DNA of 64,000 nucleotides from Alphaproteobacteria bacterium (GTDB lineage: Bacteria; Pseudomonadota; Alphaproteobacteria; SHVV01): the NCBI GenBank assembly GCA_965261735.1, contig OZ253470.1, forward strand, positions 4,320,001-4,384,000. Direction: 5' to 3'. Shown here piece by piece: positions 1 through 13,437 of the stretch. Made by a program: the position numbers and the translations under genes. Every line of letters starts with the position of its first letter. Positions within the stretch are counted from its first letter, which is position 1. Under the pieces are notes generated by a model, which saw nothing but the letters and a program-made list of their open reading frames with translations, did not search any database and was not told the DNA's origin.

Positions 1-183
1 TGGACAGCCCAAGAACCATGTTGAGGTGGACGAAACCTGGGTTGGCGGGCGAACGCGTGGGGAAGGCCGTGGTGTTCACCACAAGGTTCCCGTCTCCTGT
101 GCCATCGAGGTGCGTCATCGAAAGCCGGGCACCAAGCTCGACAACCGGAAAGACGGACGCTATGCCGGACGCGTTCGGCTCGA
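1..183 (+). pseudogene. IS1595-family transposase, internal fragment truncated at ~183
   Basis: Same sequence as the middle of the 48984-50003 transposase (VEVDETWVGG...RYAGRVRL), then diverges abruptly. Confidence 0.85.
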
Positions 184-474
184 CCGCCAGTCGAGGATGC
201 TCCGGTGTGCTTGCCGGATCGTCTCTTCGACCGCGCCTGGCGCGTTGCCTTGCGCCCGTGCGAGGCTCGCGGCTTGGTGCATGGCCTCGTCCCACGCCTG
301 CTCCTCGGCGGGTGTGTCCAGAGGCGATTCGCCGGACTGGCCGGTGGCATCGTCGCGGCGTTCGTCCGCGTCCATGACCTCGCCGGCCCTGGGGGCCTCG
401 TCGCTACGCTCCTCGGCCCCCAGGGCCGGAACGGAAACCTCATTCAATGTCATCGAGTCTCTCTCTGCGGTCAT
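184..474 (-). pseudogene. Fragment resembling a DUF2201/VWA-like metallopeptidase linker region
   Basis: EQAWDEAMHQAASLARAQGNAPGAVEETIRQAHRSILDWR resembles the pre-VWA segment of DUF2201 proteins; cut by the IS1595 piece. Confidence 0.4.
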
Positions 475-566
475 CGGTTTTCACCTCCACCGCCCTACAG
501 AAATTCCAAAGGTTGCTGGTGTCTCAGTGATGTTGGCAGAGAGGGCGGGTCCACGAGACGATCCGC

Positions 567-640
567 ATGACGCCGGCGATGATGCTTGGCGTGGCCGATC
601 ATATTTGGAGCGTGGGCGAGTTGATCGAGGTCGCTGCGAG
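567..640 (+). pseudogene. C-terminal remnant of an IS1-like transposase
   Basis: TPAMMLGVADHIWSVGELI matches the TPAMxxGxxDHxW tail of this family. Confidence 0.45.
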
Positions 641-778
641 CTCGGATTTCCTAAATAGGACAGCGCCATCGCTTGGGCGGGTTGACTATGATCGGGGACA
701 AGGAGGAGGTTGCCGCGCCGGCAAACTCCCGGGTAATGACTGTGCTGCAAAGGCGCAGTGCAGATAGGGAGCAGTCCA

Positions 779-1780
779 ATGTCGAAACTGACCATGCCAC
801 TGGCGGCGGCACTGATGGTTGCCGGTGCCCTTGTCCTTGCGCGGGGCGCAGATGCGGCCTGCGGCAAGGTGACGATCGCGGAGATGACCTGGGCCTCGGC
901 TGGGGTGGCGGCCCATGTCGAGGACATCATCCTCAAGGAGGGCTACGGTTGCGATACCGAGGTGGTGCCGGGCGACACGGTGCCCACCGTCACCTCTATG
1001 ACGGAGAAGGGCGAGCCAGACATCGCGCCCGAGGTCTGGATCAACTCCGCGCGCGAGGTCGTCGAGGCGGCGGTGGCGGAGGGCCGGCTCACGATCGCCG
1101 GCGAGATCCTCTCCGACGGCGGCGAGGAAGGCTGGTGGGTGCCCACCTATGTGGTGGAGCAGAATCCGGAACTCACCACCCTGCAGGAAGTCATCAAGCG
1201 GCCCGACCTCTTCCCCGACAAGGAAGAGCCGGGCAAGGGGCGCTTCTACGGCTGCCCGCCGGGCTGGGCCTGCGAGATCGTCAACCGCAACCTCTACATG
1301 GCCTATGGCCTGGACGACGCCGGGTTCACGCTGTTCAACCCCGGCTCGGGCGAGGGGCTGGCGGGTGCCATCGCCAGCGCCTATGAACGCGGCAACCCGA
1401 TCTTCGCGTACTACTGGGCGCCGACCGCGCTGCTCGGCAACTACCCGATGGTCAAGCTCGGCGGGATGGAGCACGACCCCGCGACGTGGCCGTGCATCAT
1501 CGACAAGGATTGCGCCGACCCGCAGCCCAACATGTATGCTAAATCGGTGGTGATCACGGTGGTGACCTCGAGCTTCGCCGAGAGCGCACCCGAGGCCTTC
1601 GAGTTCGTTTCCAACGTCTCCTGGTCCAATTCCTTCCTTAACGGCCTGCTCGCATGGAAGGACGAAAATCAGGCGACCACGCGGGAAGCGGCGGAGCACT
1701 TCCTCAAGAACAATGAGGACGTGTGGGGCGCCTGGGTGCCTGCCGAGGTCGCGGCGAAGGTCAAGGCGGCTCTGATGTAG
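779..1780 (+). CDS. Glycine betaine/proline-type ABC transporter substrate-binding protein (ProX/OpuAC family)
   Basis: Signal peptide; CGKVTIAEMTWAS, PEVW, CPPGWAC and YYWAP motifs; AGGGAG RBS before ATG 779. No permease or ATPase alongside. Confidence 0.9.
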   Translation: MSKLTMPLAAALMVAGALVLARGADAACGKVTIAEMTWASAGVAAHVEDIILKEGYGCDTEVVPGDTVPTVTSMTEKGEPDIAPEVWINSAREVVEAAVAEGRLTIAGEILSDGGEEGWWVPTYVVEQNPELTTLQEVIKRPDLFPDKEEPGKGRFYGCPPGWACEIVNRNLYMAYGLDDAGFTLFNPGSGEGLAGAIASAYERGNPIFAYYWAPTALLGNYPMVKLGGMEHDPATWPCIIDKDCADPQPNMYAKSVVITVVTSSFAESAPEAFEFVSNVSWSNSFLNGLLAWKDENQATTREAAEHFLKNNEDVWGAWVPAEVAAKVKAALM

Positions 1781-2176
1781 CCTGGCGGCTGGTCAGTCGC
1801 CGATCGGAAGAGGCCGCGCGGCCCTCTCCCCCGCCCCGTCCCGGCACGAGTGGGAACGGCATGTCCTCGGGGGTGAACCGTGACCGACTGGGTCCTGAAT
1901 TTTCCTACTCTCGACATTGACCGCCGCCCGGCAGCGCGGAGCGGCCGATCAACAGCCTACTGATTGTGCGCATTCAAGATCAGGCCCTTCGCGCGTTTCG
2001 CCAGTCGCGAGGGGATATCCGGCAAGCAGGCCACCCGCAATGCTTTCGGATATCCGCACCGCGGACTGGCGCAGCGAATCCTTCGCCAGATGCGCGTAGC
2101 GCGCCGTCGTCTCGACCTGCGTGTGTCCGGGTAGGTGTTATTCGGCGCCGAACCTTGGCCCGTCAGACTCTGGCAA

Positions 2177-2982
2177 GGTGCTGTCAACTTAACGAAGGCA
2201 GGTCGCAGTTGAACGTCTGAACTGAGCGGCTCAAGCAGCAGCGGTCACGGTCCGCCACGTGTTCATCGCGTCACCGCGGAATTGGCGCATTGTCTTGCGA
2301 GTGATCAGATGACGTTGGACATTGAAGGTGTTGTAGATGGCGGCGTGGGTGGAGAGAAACCTTTGCGCCGATCCTGATGACTTGAAGCCCTGCATCCTGC
2401 GTTCTCGTTGTCGAACCGGCAGGTGCGAATTCTCCGCCCGATTATTGCTCCGTCCGCCGGTAACGTGTTTCCCCGTCATGTTGAGATCACGCAATGCTGC
2501 CCCGTAAGATGGCAGTTTATCGGTCACCACCTTATTCGGCGCATACCCCTGCTTCTTGAGCAGTTTGCGCATCAGCTTGAGTGCTGCTTTCTTGTTCCTC
2601 CGGGACTGAACCAAGATAGCCAGCACCTCACCCTCGCTGTCCACCGCCCGCCATAGATACATCCGTTTTCCGTTGATGGAGGAAAACACCTCATCAAGGT
2701 GCCACCGGTCGTCTGGTCGAGGGCGTGATTGTCTCAGTTTTCGGGCATAGGCCTGCCCAAACTTTAAAGACCAGCGCCGTATCGTCTCGTAAGAAACATC
2801 GACACCACGTTCAGCGAGCAGATCCTCCACATCGCGGTAACTGAGCGGAAACCGGAAACACAGCCAGACGGCGCGCTGGATTATCTCTGCAGGAAACCGA
2901 TGTCGGCGGTAGCTGATCTTGTTCATAACAGGAAGCTACTCGCCACCCGCAGCTGACACCAGCCAGTTACCGTGACAGCACC
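2177..2982 (-). mobile_element. IS6-family element, copy 1 (transposase 2231-2926)
   Basis: GGTGCTGTCA...TGACAGCACC terminal IRs; 231-aa DDE transposase (WHLDE, YLWRAVD, VTDKL, NNRAENSH); no TSD. Confidence 0.95.
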
Positions 2983-3259
2983 TTGGGGCGGAGCTACAGA
3001 GCTCACGGTGGCGCCTAAGCGCACTGACCTAGGCGACTTTCCGAACTACCGGACGCACCGCCACCGCCTCTACGGCGAACAGGAAGGCGTGTGTGTCGGC
3101 TGCGACACGCACTTCCCGTTCCGGGTGATGGACGTTGACCACATGCTGCCCCGCTCCAAGGGCGGGACCGACCATACCGACAACCTGCAACTGCTCTGCT
3201 CTGGCTGTAATCGCAGCAAGGGCGGGCGCACAATGGCCGAATGGAGGGCAGCACAATGA
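2983..3259 (+). pseudogene. HNH endonuclease domain, 5'-truncated by IS6 (probably C-terminus of a methyltransferase-HNH fusion)
   Basis: CxxC...VDHMLPRSKGGTDHTDNLQLLCSGCNRSKG; begins right at the IS6 IR. Confidence 0.75.
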
Positions 3260-3453
3260 GACCGATGCTCGACCCGACCCGCGACTTGGTGGGCGCGACG
3301 CCTGAAACGCTGGCAAAAGCGTTGTTCCGCCGCACGGAGCCTTTACGCCCCGGAACCCGACGAAAGCCCGTTGTCCGCGACCAAGTCCCGGTAGAGAAGG
3401 TTGCGTCCGACCAGCCGGGCGACGGTGTCCCGCATCTGCGCAAGCGTTCCTGA
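3256..3453 (+). CDS. Small hypothetical protein overlapping the IS1595 transposase 3' end
   Basis: ATGA overlap with the HNH stop; contains ATPETLAKALFR. Confidence 0.45.
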   Translation: MRPMLDPTRDLVGATPETLAKALFRRTEPLRPGTRRKPVVRDQVPVEKVASDQPGDGVPHLRKRS

Positions 3454-4219
3454 GTCGCGGATGTTGTGCTTGCCGGCAAACTCGGAGACGTAGCGTTGCA
3501 GATGCTTCGGGCTCATCTTGTGGAACGTGCCTTTGTGTGCCCGTTTCAGCATCGACCAGAACGACTCGATTCCGTTGGTGTGAGCCATGCCCTTGACGTA
3601 TTCGCTGACCGAGTGCTTGACGCTCTCGTGCGGATTTGGGATGCCCTCATAGGCAGCCGCGTCGTCGGTATAGACCACCGCGTGCGGATCAGCATTCTCG
3701 GCCACGAAGTCTTGCAACGTATCTTTGTCGGTATTCTCGACCACCCTGGCGTTGACCTTCTTGGTCGCCCGGTCCTTCGCGCCGACGACTGCCACCATGT
3801 CCACCGGGCCGCGCCCCGTCGCGGCCTTGCGCTTGGCGTTCGACATGTTCTTGCGCTTGCCCCCGACATAGGTTTCATCGAACTCGACCGGCCCGTCAAA
3901 GGGGCCTTCGCCGTCGCCGACCCAGGCTTGGCGGATGCGATGCAACATGAACCACGCCGTCGGTTGCGAGACGCCAATGTCCCGCTGCAACTTCATGGAC
4001 GAAACCGACTTGAGAGAGGTCAGGCAAAGGTAGATCGCGATGGCCCATTTGCGCAGCGGGACCTTCGACCGCTGCATTGCCGTGCCGGTCTTGACGCTGA
4101 AGTAGGAACGGCAGTCCGTGCACCAGTAGGGCATCTTCGCATGAGAGGCTTCTCGGGTACGGACCGATCCGCATTTCGGGCAAGGGCGACCGTCCGGCCA
4201 GATGATGGATTCAAACCAC
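3343..4219 (-). mobile_element. IS1595-family (ISXO2-like) transposase, second type, N-terminus truncated
   Basis: Zn ribbon (CPKC...CTDC), VEFDETYVGG, YTDD, HTNGIESFW, HLQRYVSEF. Confidence 0.9.
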
Positions 4220-4674
4220 GGTGAAGGCGCGCGCCCTCAACAGAGTGGACGAATGGGGTCCGAGCGACCATTGCCGGCTGCTGATCGAGATTGCAACGGA
4301 ATGAGACGCCTCACCGCCAGGAATGGCGCACGCCGCCGGAATTGCGGTGCGAGTTACAACTCGTCCGATATCGGAGAGTCGCCATGATGACACCCAAGCA
4401 CGAAGACATCTTGAACATGCTCAAACGTCGGTACGACGGGCCGAGCATGAACAACGTCTATCGCGGCGACTATGTCGAGTGCATGATTGAATCCGTGCTT
4501 GGACCCGACTGGAGGCTCACATGGGCATATCAAAAGGCTCTTGTATCGGCCTCCCCTGCTCATGGGAACAATTTAGGAACATAGAGGGCCCCTGGGAAGG
4601 CCATAGAAGGGTCTAGAATTACAATCTTGGGGTGGCGCGGTGCCCTTTGCCGTACTCGACATGCGCGACGAGTG

Positions 4675-4860
4675 TCGTGGTACGACATCTCCGGCAGCGC
4701 GCATTGGGTGAACAAGGCCGACATCGGGGTTGTCGTGCATCGCAACCCGAGCGTGATGCCGCCAAAGACGGAAATCCACGTGCGCAAGGTCCGGTTCAAG
4801 TCGGGCGGCCAATCGGTTCCGTGACGCTGCGGTACGACCGCTTGACGGCGAGTTCGTGCC
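4675..4860 (+). pseudogene. C-terminal remnant of a phage T7 gp4/Twinkle-like primase-helicase
   Basis: YDISGSAHWVNKADIGVVVHR...EIHVRKVRFK, then frameshifted IGSVTLRYDR. Confidence 0.65.
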
Positions 4861-4918
4861 GCCTTGGGACTGGCGCCGAGGGGACCGCCTCTCGCTGCCG
4901 GCCCGGCTCAAGAACTGA

Positions 4919-6004
<1,086 letters not shown>

Positions 6005-6226
6005 CTACTTCAGCCTGCCGTAGCGCTTGGCGAGTCCTTCGCGAACCAGGCGCTCGATGGCGCCACCGACGAGATCGAATTCGACCTGCCCGGCGGGAAA
6101 GAAGACGTGCTCGGTGGCGCCGTCCTCGCCGAATGTGACGATGCCGTGTCCCTCCGGCAGATCGACGACGGCACCGCCGACGGTGGCAGCCTTGGCGGTC
6201 TCGAAATAGTAGTTCCACCTCTTCAT
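6005..6226 (-). CDS. Hypothetical 73-aa protein upstream of mreB
   Basis: Protein-like composition (MKRWNYYFE...); co-oriented and ~40 bp from mreB. Confidence 0.5.
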   Translation of the reverse strand: MKRWNYYFETAKAATVGGAVVDLPEGHGIVTFGEDGATEHVFFPAGQVEFDLVGGAIERLVREGLAKRYGRLK

Positions 6227-6748
6227 GGGCGGCCCTTGCGCTGGTTCGCTCAGCCTCAACCTTGACACAAATATCCAGCACCTGACCACCGGCGCCGTAG
6301 CCGGGTCAGTAGGCCAGCGAGGCGTGTCCAGAGCGTTCGCATGGGCCCAGCGTAGCGCCCTCACGAGGGCCTGCCAACGGGACGCTGCACGGCGCGTCGA
6401 GCTTGCCGCACAATCGTGACGGGACTGAAAATCGATTGACGTCCGCCGCGAGGCCGATTTCGGGATCTTCGGGCTCTCGGGCGCCAGCTACGACCGCCTG
6501 AGAAGCCCGATAGCGCGTTTCTCGGGGGCGGCCGGTAGGATTTTTGCCCTGAGAAACCGCGCAACATTCTTTCAACACCCCGCGTGGCCCGCTGGGCGCT
6601 TTTCCTTGGCGCTGACGTGGCGTACTGTCGGCGCTGGCGATACATCCACCGCTGTTCACACTTTGAGCTGGCCGCGCGCATAGTTTCGGGCACATCACAC
6701 CCCATGACGGCACCTCGTCCTACGACAACGCCAGGGGGGCTGCGCGCT

Positions 6749-7160
6749 ATGCCGATCAGGCGGATTTCGATTGAAAATATTCGGTACAAGCGTCGATTGC
6801 GCGAGGTCAACAACGAGCGGGTTTAGCTCTCGCGAACAGTATAGATGCTATCGGTCTCCAAGTTCCTGTCACGGTTTATAAGGAGGAGGACGGAGAATAT
6901 GTGCTCGTCGCTGGACTTCACCGTTTAAAAGCGGCTCAGCGGCTTGGGTGGGATTATGTCAGCGCGGAAATCACGTCTTTAGATGAGCTGGACCGCAAAC
7001 TCTGGGGAATTGGCGAGAATCTTTGCCGCGCCGAATTAACCGCGCTGGAACGAGCCCAGCATTTGCAACTCCGGCAAGAAATCTGGTCGGCGAGGCGGAG
7101 TTCCGGGCAGACTTCGCCCGAAACTGCCCCCGGCGTAGGGCGACCGAAAGGCTTCGCCAC
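6749..7160 (+). pseudogene. ParB N-terminal domain protein, frameshifted and truncated
   Basis: RRLREVN, frameshift, LANSIDAIGLQVPVTV...LVAGLHRLKAAQRLGW...ENLCRAELTALERA. Confidence 0.75.
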
Positions 7161-9512
7161 GTTGATGGCGACGGCGACGCGATGCGCGAGGCGTCGGCGG
7201 ACATGCAACGCCTGCGGCTCTCGATCGAGGCCGAGTACAAGTACCTGATCCCCTATGTCGGGTTGCTCACCCCCTGGGGCGAGGTGGGATTGCGCCACGA
7301 CGGCGGCGACGGAGAGACCGGCGCCAGCGCGGAAGTCGGCGGCGGCCTCAGCTTCGGCGCGGCGGTCGAGCAGGGCTCGAAGTCGCACATCTGGGCGCTG
7401 CTCGGGGTGACCGGAGGCACAGTGAAGGCGATCCGCCGCAAGGACGACCGGCTCGACCAGTGGCGGATCAAGATTCAGCCCTCCTCGCACGAGGCGGTGA
7501 CGGTGACGCTGTCGCCGTCCCCGGCCTGCGGGGCGACGGGCGCGGTATGCACGGAGGACGGGCGCACGTTCACGACCGCCCTCGCGACGCAAATCCAGGG
7601 CCCGCCGGGCCTCGCGGTCGCGGATGCGGAGGTCGAGGAAGCGCCGGGCGCGCGGCTGGTGTTCACGGTCACGCTGAACCGGGCGGCATCGGGGACGGTG
7701 ACGGTGACGGCGGCGACCTCGGACGGCACGGCGGTGGCAGGCGAGGACTATGTCGCGAAGACGAAGACGGTGACCTTCGCCGCGGGCGAGACCTCGCAGA
7801 TCGTCCGGGTGCGGGTGCTCGACGATGCGCATGACGAGGGGGCGGAGACGATGACGCTCACGCTCTCGAGCCCGTCGGGGGCGTATCTCGCCGACGGCAC
7901 GGCGACGGGGACGATCACCAACACGGACCACATGCCGCAGGCGTGGATGGCGCGGTTCGGGCGCACGGTGGCGGACCAGGTTCTGGATGCAGTGGAAGGC
8001 CGCATGACGGCGCCGAGGGCTCCGGGGACGGAGCTGAGCGTTGCGGGGCAGCGGGTCGGCGGCGGCAGCGCCGCCGCGCCCGTGGCGGTCGATACGGGCG
8101 AGGCGGAGGCCGGTCTCGAAGTGCTTGCGGAGTGGCTGCGCGACGAGGAGGACGAGGACCGCACGGGCTTCGAATCGCGACCGGTGGCAGGCCGCGACAT
8201 CCTGACCGGCAGCTCCTTCGCATTCACCGAGGGCTCGGCCGAGGGCGGCTTCGGCGCGGTGTGGGGCCGGGGCGCGATCTCGCGCTTCGACGGGCGCGAG
8301 GGCGACCTCACCCTCGACGGCGAGGTCGCGAGCGCGATGGTGGGCGCCGACTGGACGGGCGGTCGCGGCAGTGCGGGGCTGGCGGTGGCGCATTCGCGCG
8401 GCGAGGGCGACTATCGCTCGCCGGCCGGCGGCGGCGCGGTGGAGAGCACGCTCACCGGCGTCTATCCCTACGGCCGCTATGACGTGAGCGAGCGGCTGTC
8501 GTTATGGGGCGTTGTGGGCTACGGCACGGGCACGCTCACGCTGACGCCGGAGGGCCAGGCGCCGATCGAGACCGACATGGACCTCAGCATGGCAGCCGTG
8601 GGCGGGCGCAGCGTGGTGGTGAGGTCGCCCGCCGACGGCGGGCTCGAGCTCGCGGCGACCGCGGACGCGATGGTTGTACAGACCGCGTCCGACGAGGTGC
8701 GTGGGAGCGCGGGCAGAAGCCTCGCGGCCTCGGAGGCGGAGGTCACAAGGGTCCGCTTCGGTTTCGATGGGACGTGGCGCGGGATCGAGACGGAGGGCGG
8801 CGGTTCGCTCGTGCCGGGCTTCGAGATCGGGGTACGCCAGGCCGGCGGCGACGCGGAGACCGGCTTCGGGGCCGATATCGGCGCAGGCCTCGCCTGGTCG
8901 GACCCCGCGCATGGGATCGCAGCGGATGTGATAGCCAGGGGCCTGCTGACCCATGAGGACGGAAGCTTCCGCGAGCACGGCTTCGCGGGCTCCTTCGCCT
9001 GGGATCCGGCCCCGTCCTCGGATCGAGGGCCGAGGTTCACGCTGAGCCAGACGGTGGGGGCGTCTGCGACGGGCGGCATGGACGCGCTGTTCGGGCCCGA
9101 GACCGCGCCGGCGCTGGATACGGCGAACGACGAGGGCGACGATCTGCTGCAGCGCCGGCTCGAGACGCGGTTCGGCTACGGGTTCCCGCTGTTCGGCGGT
9201 CGCTACACGGGCACGCCGGAGATCGGCTTTGGCCTTACGGAGACCGGCCGCGAATACATCCACAAGTGGCGTCTTGCAGAGGCGCGGAGCGAAGGCTTCG
9301 TGTTCGGCCTCGATGTAGAGGGCACGCGGCGCGAGAGCGTGACGGACAACAGCGGGACGGAGCACGTGATCGGGTTCGGGCTCGGCTGGCGGCTCGAAGG
9401 CGCGCGGCGCGAGGGCTTCGAGCTCAGGCTGGAGGGATCGCGGCTCGATGCCGCGAACGACGACCGCGCGCCTGAGGACCGGATCGGGTTGAGGATGTCA
9501 GCGCGCTGGTAG
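7157..9512 (+). pseudogene. Calx-beta domain autotransporter, 5'-truncated or chimeric
   Basis: Calx-beta (ATSDGTAVAGEDY...TFAAGET...DDAHDEGAET), AWMARFGRTVA linker, C-terminal beta-barrel ending in W; no signal peptide, and a separate barrel fragment is fused at the 5' end. Confidence 0.8.
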
Positions 9513-9819
9513 GGCGTGCTGCGGTGGGTTTCCGTTCGGGGACCGGCGGCGGGGACGGACGGCCCCGTGTCTAGAGTCGCAACGCGATGAATGGGCGAAG
9601 CTTGCTGGCGACAGGAACCGCGTTCCGGGCGCAAAGCCAGTCTTGGACTCACGCATCTTTGGCTGCCTGGGGCCGGGGGTGGCGGTCGCCTGTTGTTAAG
9701 CGTCGAAGGCTGACCCCTCAGAGTCTAGCTTACTCAATAGGTTATCGCGCCGATCGGCGTCATTCCACCGTGCCGAACAACAAATAGTTAGAACCGAAGG
9801 TGCGTGGAGTGGTGTAAGC

Positions 9820-10165
9820 TGTCCCTCCCATTTATTCCATCTATCGCAGAAACCTTGGAATTTTGCATCACCACCGGATACCCTTTCCGGCATTCATAAG
9901 ATCATCGAAATCTTCGCGGACCGCGCGGCGCTCCACACAGAAATACTTGCCCTGCGACAGCAGGTAGCTGTCCTGAAACGGCAAAGGCCCCGGCCATCGC
10001 TTCGGAAGGCAGATAGGGTTTTCTGGGTCATCCTGTCTTGCCTATGGCCTGGCTGGCGCCACGCCCTGGTAATCGTCAGGCCCGAGACCGTCATCGGTTG
10101 GCACCGCAAGGGGTTCAGGCTTTTCTGGACATGGAAGTCGCGGCGGGGAAAGCCGGGCCGACCAC
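9820..10165 (+). mobile_element. Left end and N-terminus of an integrase-core (IS481-like) element
   Basis: TGTCCCTCCCATTTATTCCATC is the inverse of 48680-48701; EILALRQQVAVLKR...VRPETVIGWHR. Confidence 0.75.
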
Positions 10166-10786
10166 TCGATATGTTCCAACGCTTAAACCGCGGAGGCGCC
10201 ATCGCAAATGAACAGGAGGTTCGCACCTGCTCAATGGTCTTGGCCAATGCTGAATTCACTCAGGAAATTCGAAGGTTCGCACGGCGCGACGATTTCCAGA
10301 AGATATGTCAGGTGACACAGGAACAACGAGACAAGCAGCGCGACGTCGAGTACGTGGTGCGTATCATCGCCCACACTTTCGTTGATTTTCTCCGCGGCCT
10401 TGATGTCGAGGAATTTCTTGACTATGCGGTACTCCAAATACTGGCTGAACACAGTCCCGACGAAGTTTTGGAGACGGTAAGTTGGTCGGTAGAGTCTCTA
10501 GTTTAGACTTTTTGGCGAGCGGGCACTTTTCCCTCCCGATAACGCGCCCGAGGGAATCGCTGCACGATTTTCACTCCGAGCACTTGAAGCCATCGTAGTT
10601 GGATTGGCTCGAAATCGCATGGCTTTGATGGGTCGAGGTAACCGTGATTATTTCATAAGGGATAGGGTGAAGGCATTTTGGCTGCAAGCGGAAGTCCGGG
10701 AAATGAGCGCGTCGGGATTGCGTGGGACAGTTCGAATACAGAGGACCGTTCCATTCGGAGATAGCTGGTTTAAACCCGATGCTTGA
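10166..10786 (+). pseudogene. DUF262 (GmrS-like) protein C-terminal part, frameshifted
   Basis: MFQRLNRGGAIANEQEVR motif; lower GC; overlaps the start of the HEPN gene. Confidence 0.7.
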
Positions 10787-11407
10787 TATTAATATATATT
10801 TCGACGAAATCGATATTGCACGTGTCCGTCGGGCGAAAGAGCTATCTGAAATCAAGCGATCCTTCGGTGCTCTCTTATCCTCCGATCCTCTTGGAATTGC
10901 ATCCAAAGCAGTCGTTGTCTCGACTTATGCCAACTGGGAAGGCTTCTACAATGAATGCGTTCGGACCTATCTCAATTTCCTTCGCGAGAAGGGCGGGCGA
11001 GTGCGCGACAGCGATTGGATGCTCCTGCTCAGTGCCTTTCACGCAGACTTTGAGAGTATGCGTGATCGGACCATTCGTTCGAATCTAGGCAACAGTTCGT
11101 TGAAAACCTTAAGGAACGATTGGATTGTGGATTTGATGCACTTGACTCTACTGTCGTTGAAGCGCGTACCAATTTAGATTTTGCCCGCCTAACGCAAAAC
11201 TATCTCCTGCTGAATTTTGACCCTACGAGTATCGAGAGCTCGCGAAACCGGCTAGACAAGGAACTGGTCGGCTGGCGCCACGCCGTTGCGCATGGTGACT
11301 CCCCTGACCTAACAGCCATGGACGTGGGTGCTCATGTCGAATTCGTGTCGAAACTTTTAATATTGGTCTCAGACCGTTTCCAATGTTCAATGTTGGATCG
11401 CGTTTAG
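10779..11407 (+). pseudogene. HEPN-like nuclease (MAE_28990/MAE_18760 type), frameshifted
   Basis: YANWEGF and RHAVAHG (RxxxxH) motifs split across two frames. Confidence 0.75.
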
Positions 11408-11444
11408 GTAGTGACCGGTTGCCGGCTTTCTGTGATCCAGAGGC

Positions 11445-11869
11445 TACGCTGGGAGCATGTCGATCTCGACGCGGAAGAGCTTCGGCTCCCAGACACCAAG
11501 ACTGGCGGGCGAGCGGTTCCGCTGGCCCCTCCGCCGTACGGTTGTTGACCTCCCTGCCCCACGATGAGGACAATCCGTGGGTGATCGCAGGCCGCAAGCC
11601 GGGGTGGTACCTCACTGACCTGCGGCACCCTTGGCGACGCATCCGAGCCCGCGCCGGGCTCGACGGGGTGAGAATTCATGACTCGCGCCATTCGTTCGCT
11701 TCTCGCGCGCTGGCGCTCGGCAAGGGCTTGCCCGATGATCGGCAAATTGCTTGGACACATGCAGGTCCAGACGACGGCTCGCTATGCCCATCCTGCCCGC
11801 GACACCGTCAAGGCATCCGCCGCGCGCATCGGAGACAGCATCGACCGAGACCTCGATGCCGCGGAATAG
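11445..11869 (+). pseudogene. Tyrosine recombinase/integrase C-terminal remnant
   Basis: LRWEHVDL, VRIHDSRHSFAS, IGKLLGH...TTARYAH across frameshifts. Confidence 0.85.
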
Positions 11870-12162
11870 AGCAGCACCCGAGACCCCACAGATCGGAACG
11901 GCCTTTGTCCGCCAGTCCGAAGATCCAAGAAACCCGCTGTCAACGCCGGTTGGAGATTCAGCCAAAGGGCGGGGCAAAAGAGTGCCACCTGGGCTGGTGG
12001 GCTGAGCTTGGCGTGAGACTGGGATTCGGAGATGCGGTGCGAGGATTTTTCGGCGGGAGCGGGCAGCGGAGCCATGCAGAACTCAAGCGGTTCGCGCCCG
12101 CCTGCCGCCCGCGGGGCGGCATGGTTTGCCGGGTTGGGGTTAGTCTCGCCACCCGGGCCTTA

Positions 12163-13084
12163 GCAGCCCGTTGATTAAGTCGGCGCCGTCTGATTCTCTG
12201 GTTCCCTGATTTGCAGGGGGATTTGCCGATGGCGATGGGACGGCAGAAGGATGGTCAGGGGGACCTGATGGTGAGCTGGTCGGAGATGCCGCGCTCTCCG
12301 GGTCATGTGTTTTATGACCGCTTGCAGTCGGTGCTGATCGAGGGCGGCTTCGACGCCTTTGCCGAGGCGAGCTGCCGGCCTTATTACGCGGCCCGGATGG
12401 GCGCGCCCTCGGTGCCGTCCGGGCGCTATTTCCGGATGCACCTGGTGGGCTACTTCGAGGGCATCGACAGCGAGCGCGGTCTGGAGTGGCGCTGCTCGGA
12501 CTCGCTTTCGCTGCGGGCTGGGGAGCCGTGATCGGGTACCGGACCATTCCTGGCTGTCACGGAGCCGCACGCGCCTGCCCCATGAAGTCCACGCGGCGGT
12601 CTTCGACTGGGTTCTGGTGCTGATCGCCGAGGCGGGGCTGATCAAGGGCGAGCGCATCGGCGTCGATGCCTCGACCATGGAGGCCAACGCGGCGCTGCGG
12701 AACATCGTGCGGCGCGACAACGGCGAAGGCTACCGGGAGATGCAGGAGCGCCTGGCCCGGGAAAGCGGGGTCGAGACACCCACGGCCGAGGACCTGGCGC
12801 GTCTGGACCGGAAGCGCAAGGGCAAGAAGCTTTCCAACACGGATTGGGTTTCGAAGAGCGACCCCGAGGCCAAGATCGCCAAGATAAAGGACGGCACGAC
12901 GCATCTGGCCTACAAGCCCGAGCACGCGGTGGATCTGGACACCGGCGCGGTGGTGGCGGCCGAGCTGCACCCGGCCGATGAGGGCGACACCACGACGCTT
13001 TCCAAGACCCTGGCGAAGGCCGAGGCAAACCTCGAGGCGGTGGATGCGGCACCGACGTCGGAGGACCCGGCCGAATGCGTCGCC
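12163..13084 (+). mobile_element. IS1182/IS5-like transposase, frameshifted and 3'-truncated
   Basis: YFEGIDSERG, VPDHSWLSR, IGVDASTMEANA, HLAYKPEHAVD. Confidence 0.85.
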
Positions 13085-13165
13085 GGTGTTGTCACGTTAT
13101 TGAACGGTCGTGCCGCGAATTGGCATAGAACTCAAGCTCAAGCGGCAGCAGTGGCGGTTTGTTAG
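13085..13165 (-). mobile_element. IS6-family right-end remnant
   Basis: GGTGTTGTCAC IR plus the reverse-strand tail ...TATAAA* (protein). Confidence 0.5.
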
Positions 13166-13251
13166 TCGGCGCCGAACTTTGACCCTCCGACTCTAACGAA
13201 GTCAATGGGTTAGCACGCTGATCGGTGCCGAATACACACGCCGAGCGACAG

Positions 13252-13437
13252 TCCTTGACCACATCGTGATATTCATAGTCGATGCTGGCCTGTTTCAAAT
13301 ATCCCTTGGCACGGACGCAGTGGGGGCAGGTGGCCTTGTCGAACAAATGATTACCCTCAACCGATGATCGCCTGGCATGGGCATCGATGATGGCTTCTGT
13401 CAGCACGCCGCGGTTAAGGGCATGGCCCTGGCTTACC
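13252..13437 (-). pseudogene. Internal fragment of the glutaredoxin gene at 62717-63358
   Basis: Near-identical DNA to about 62918-63103. Confidence 0.85.
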
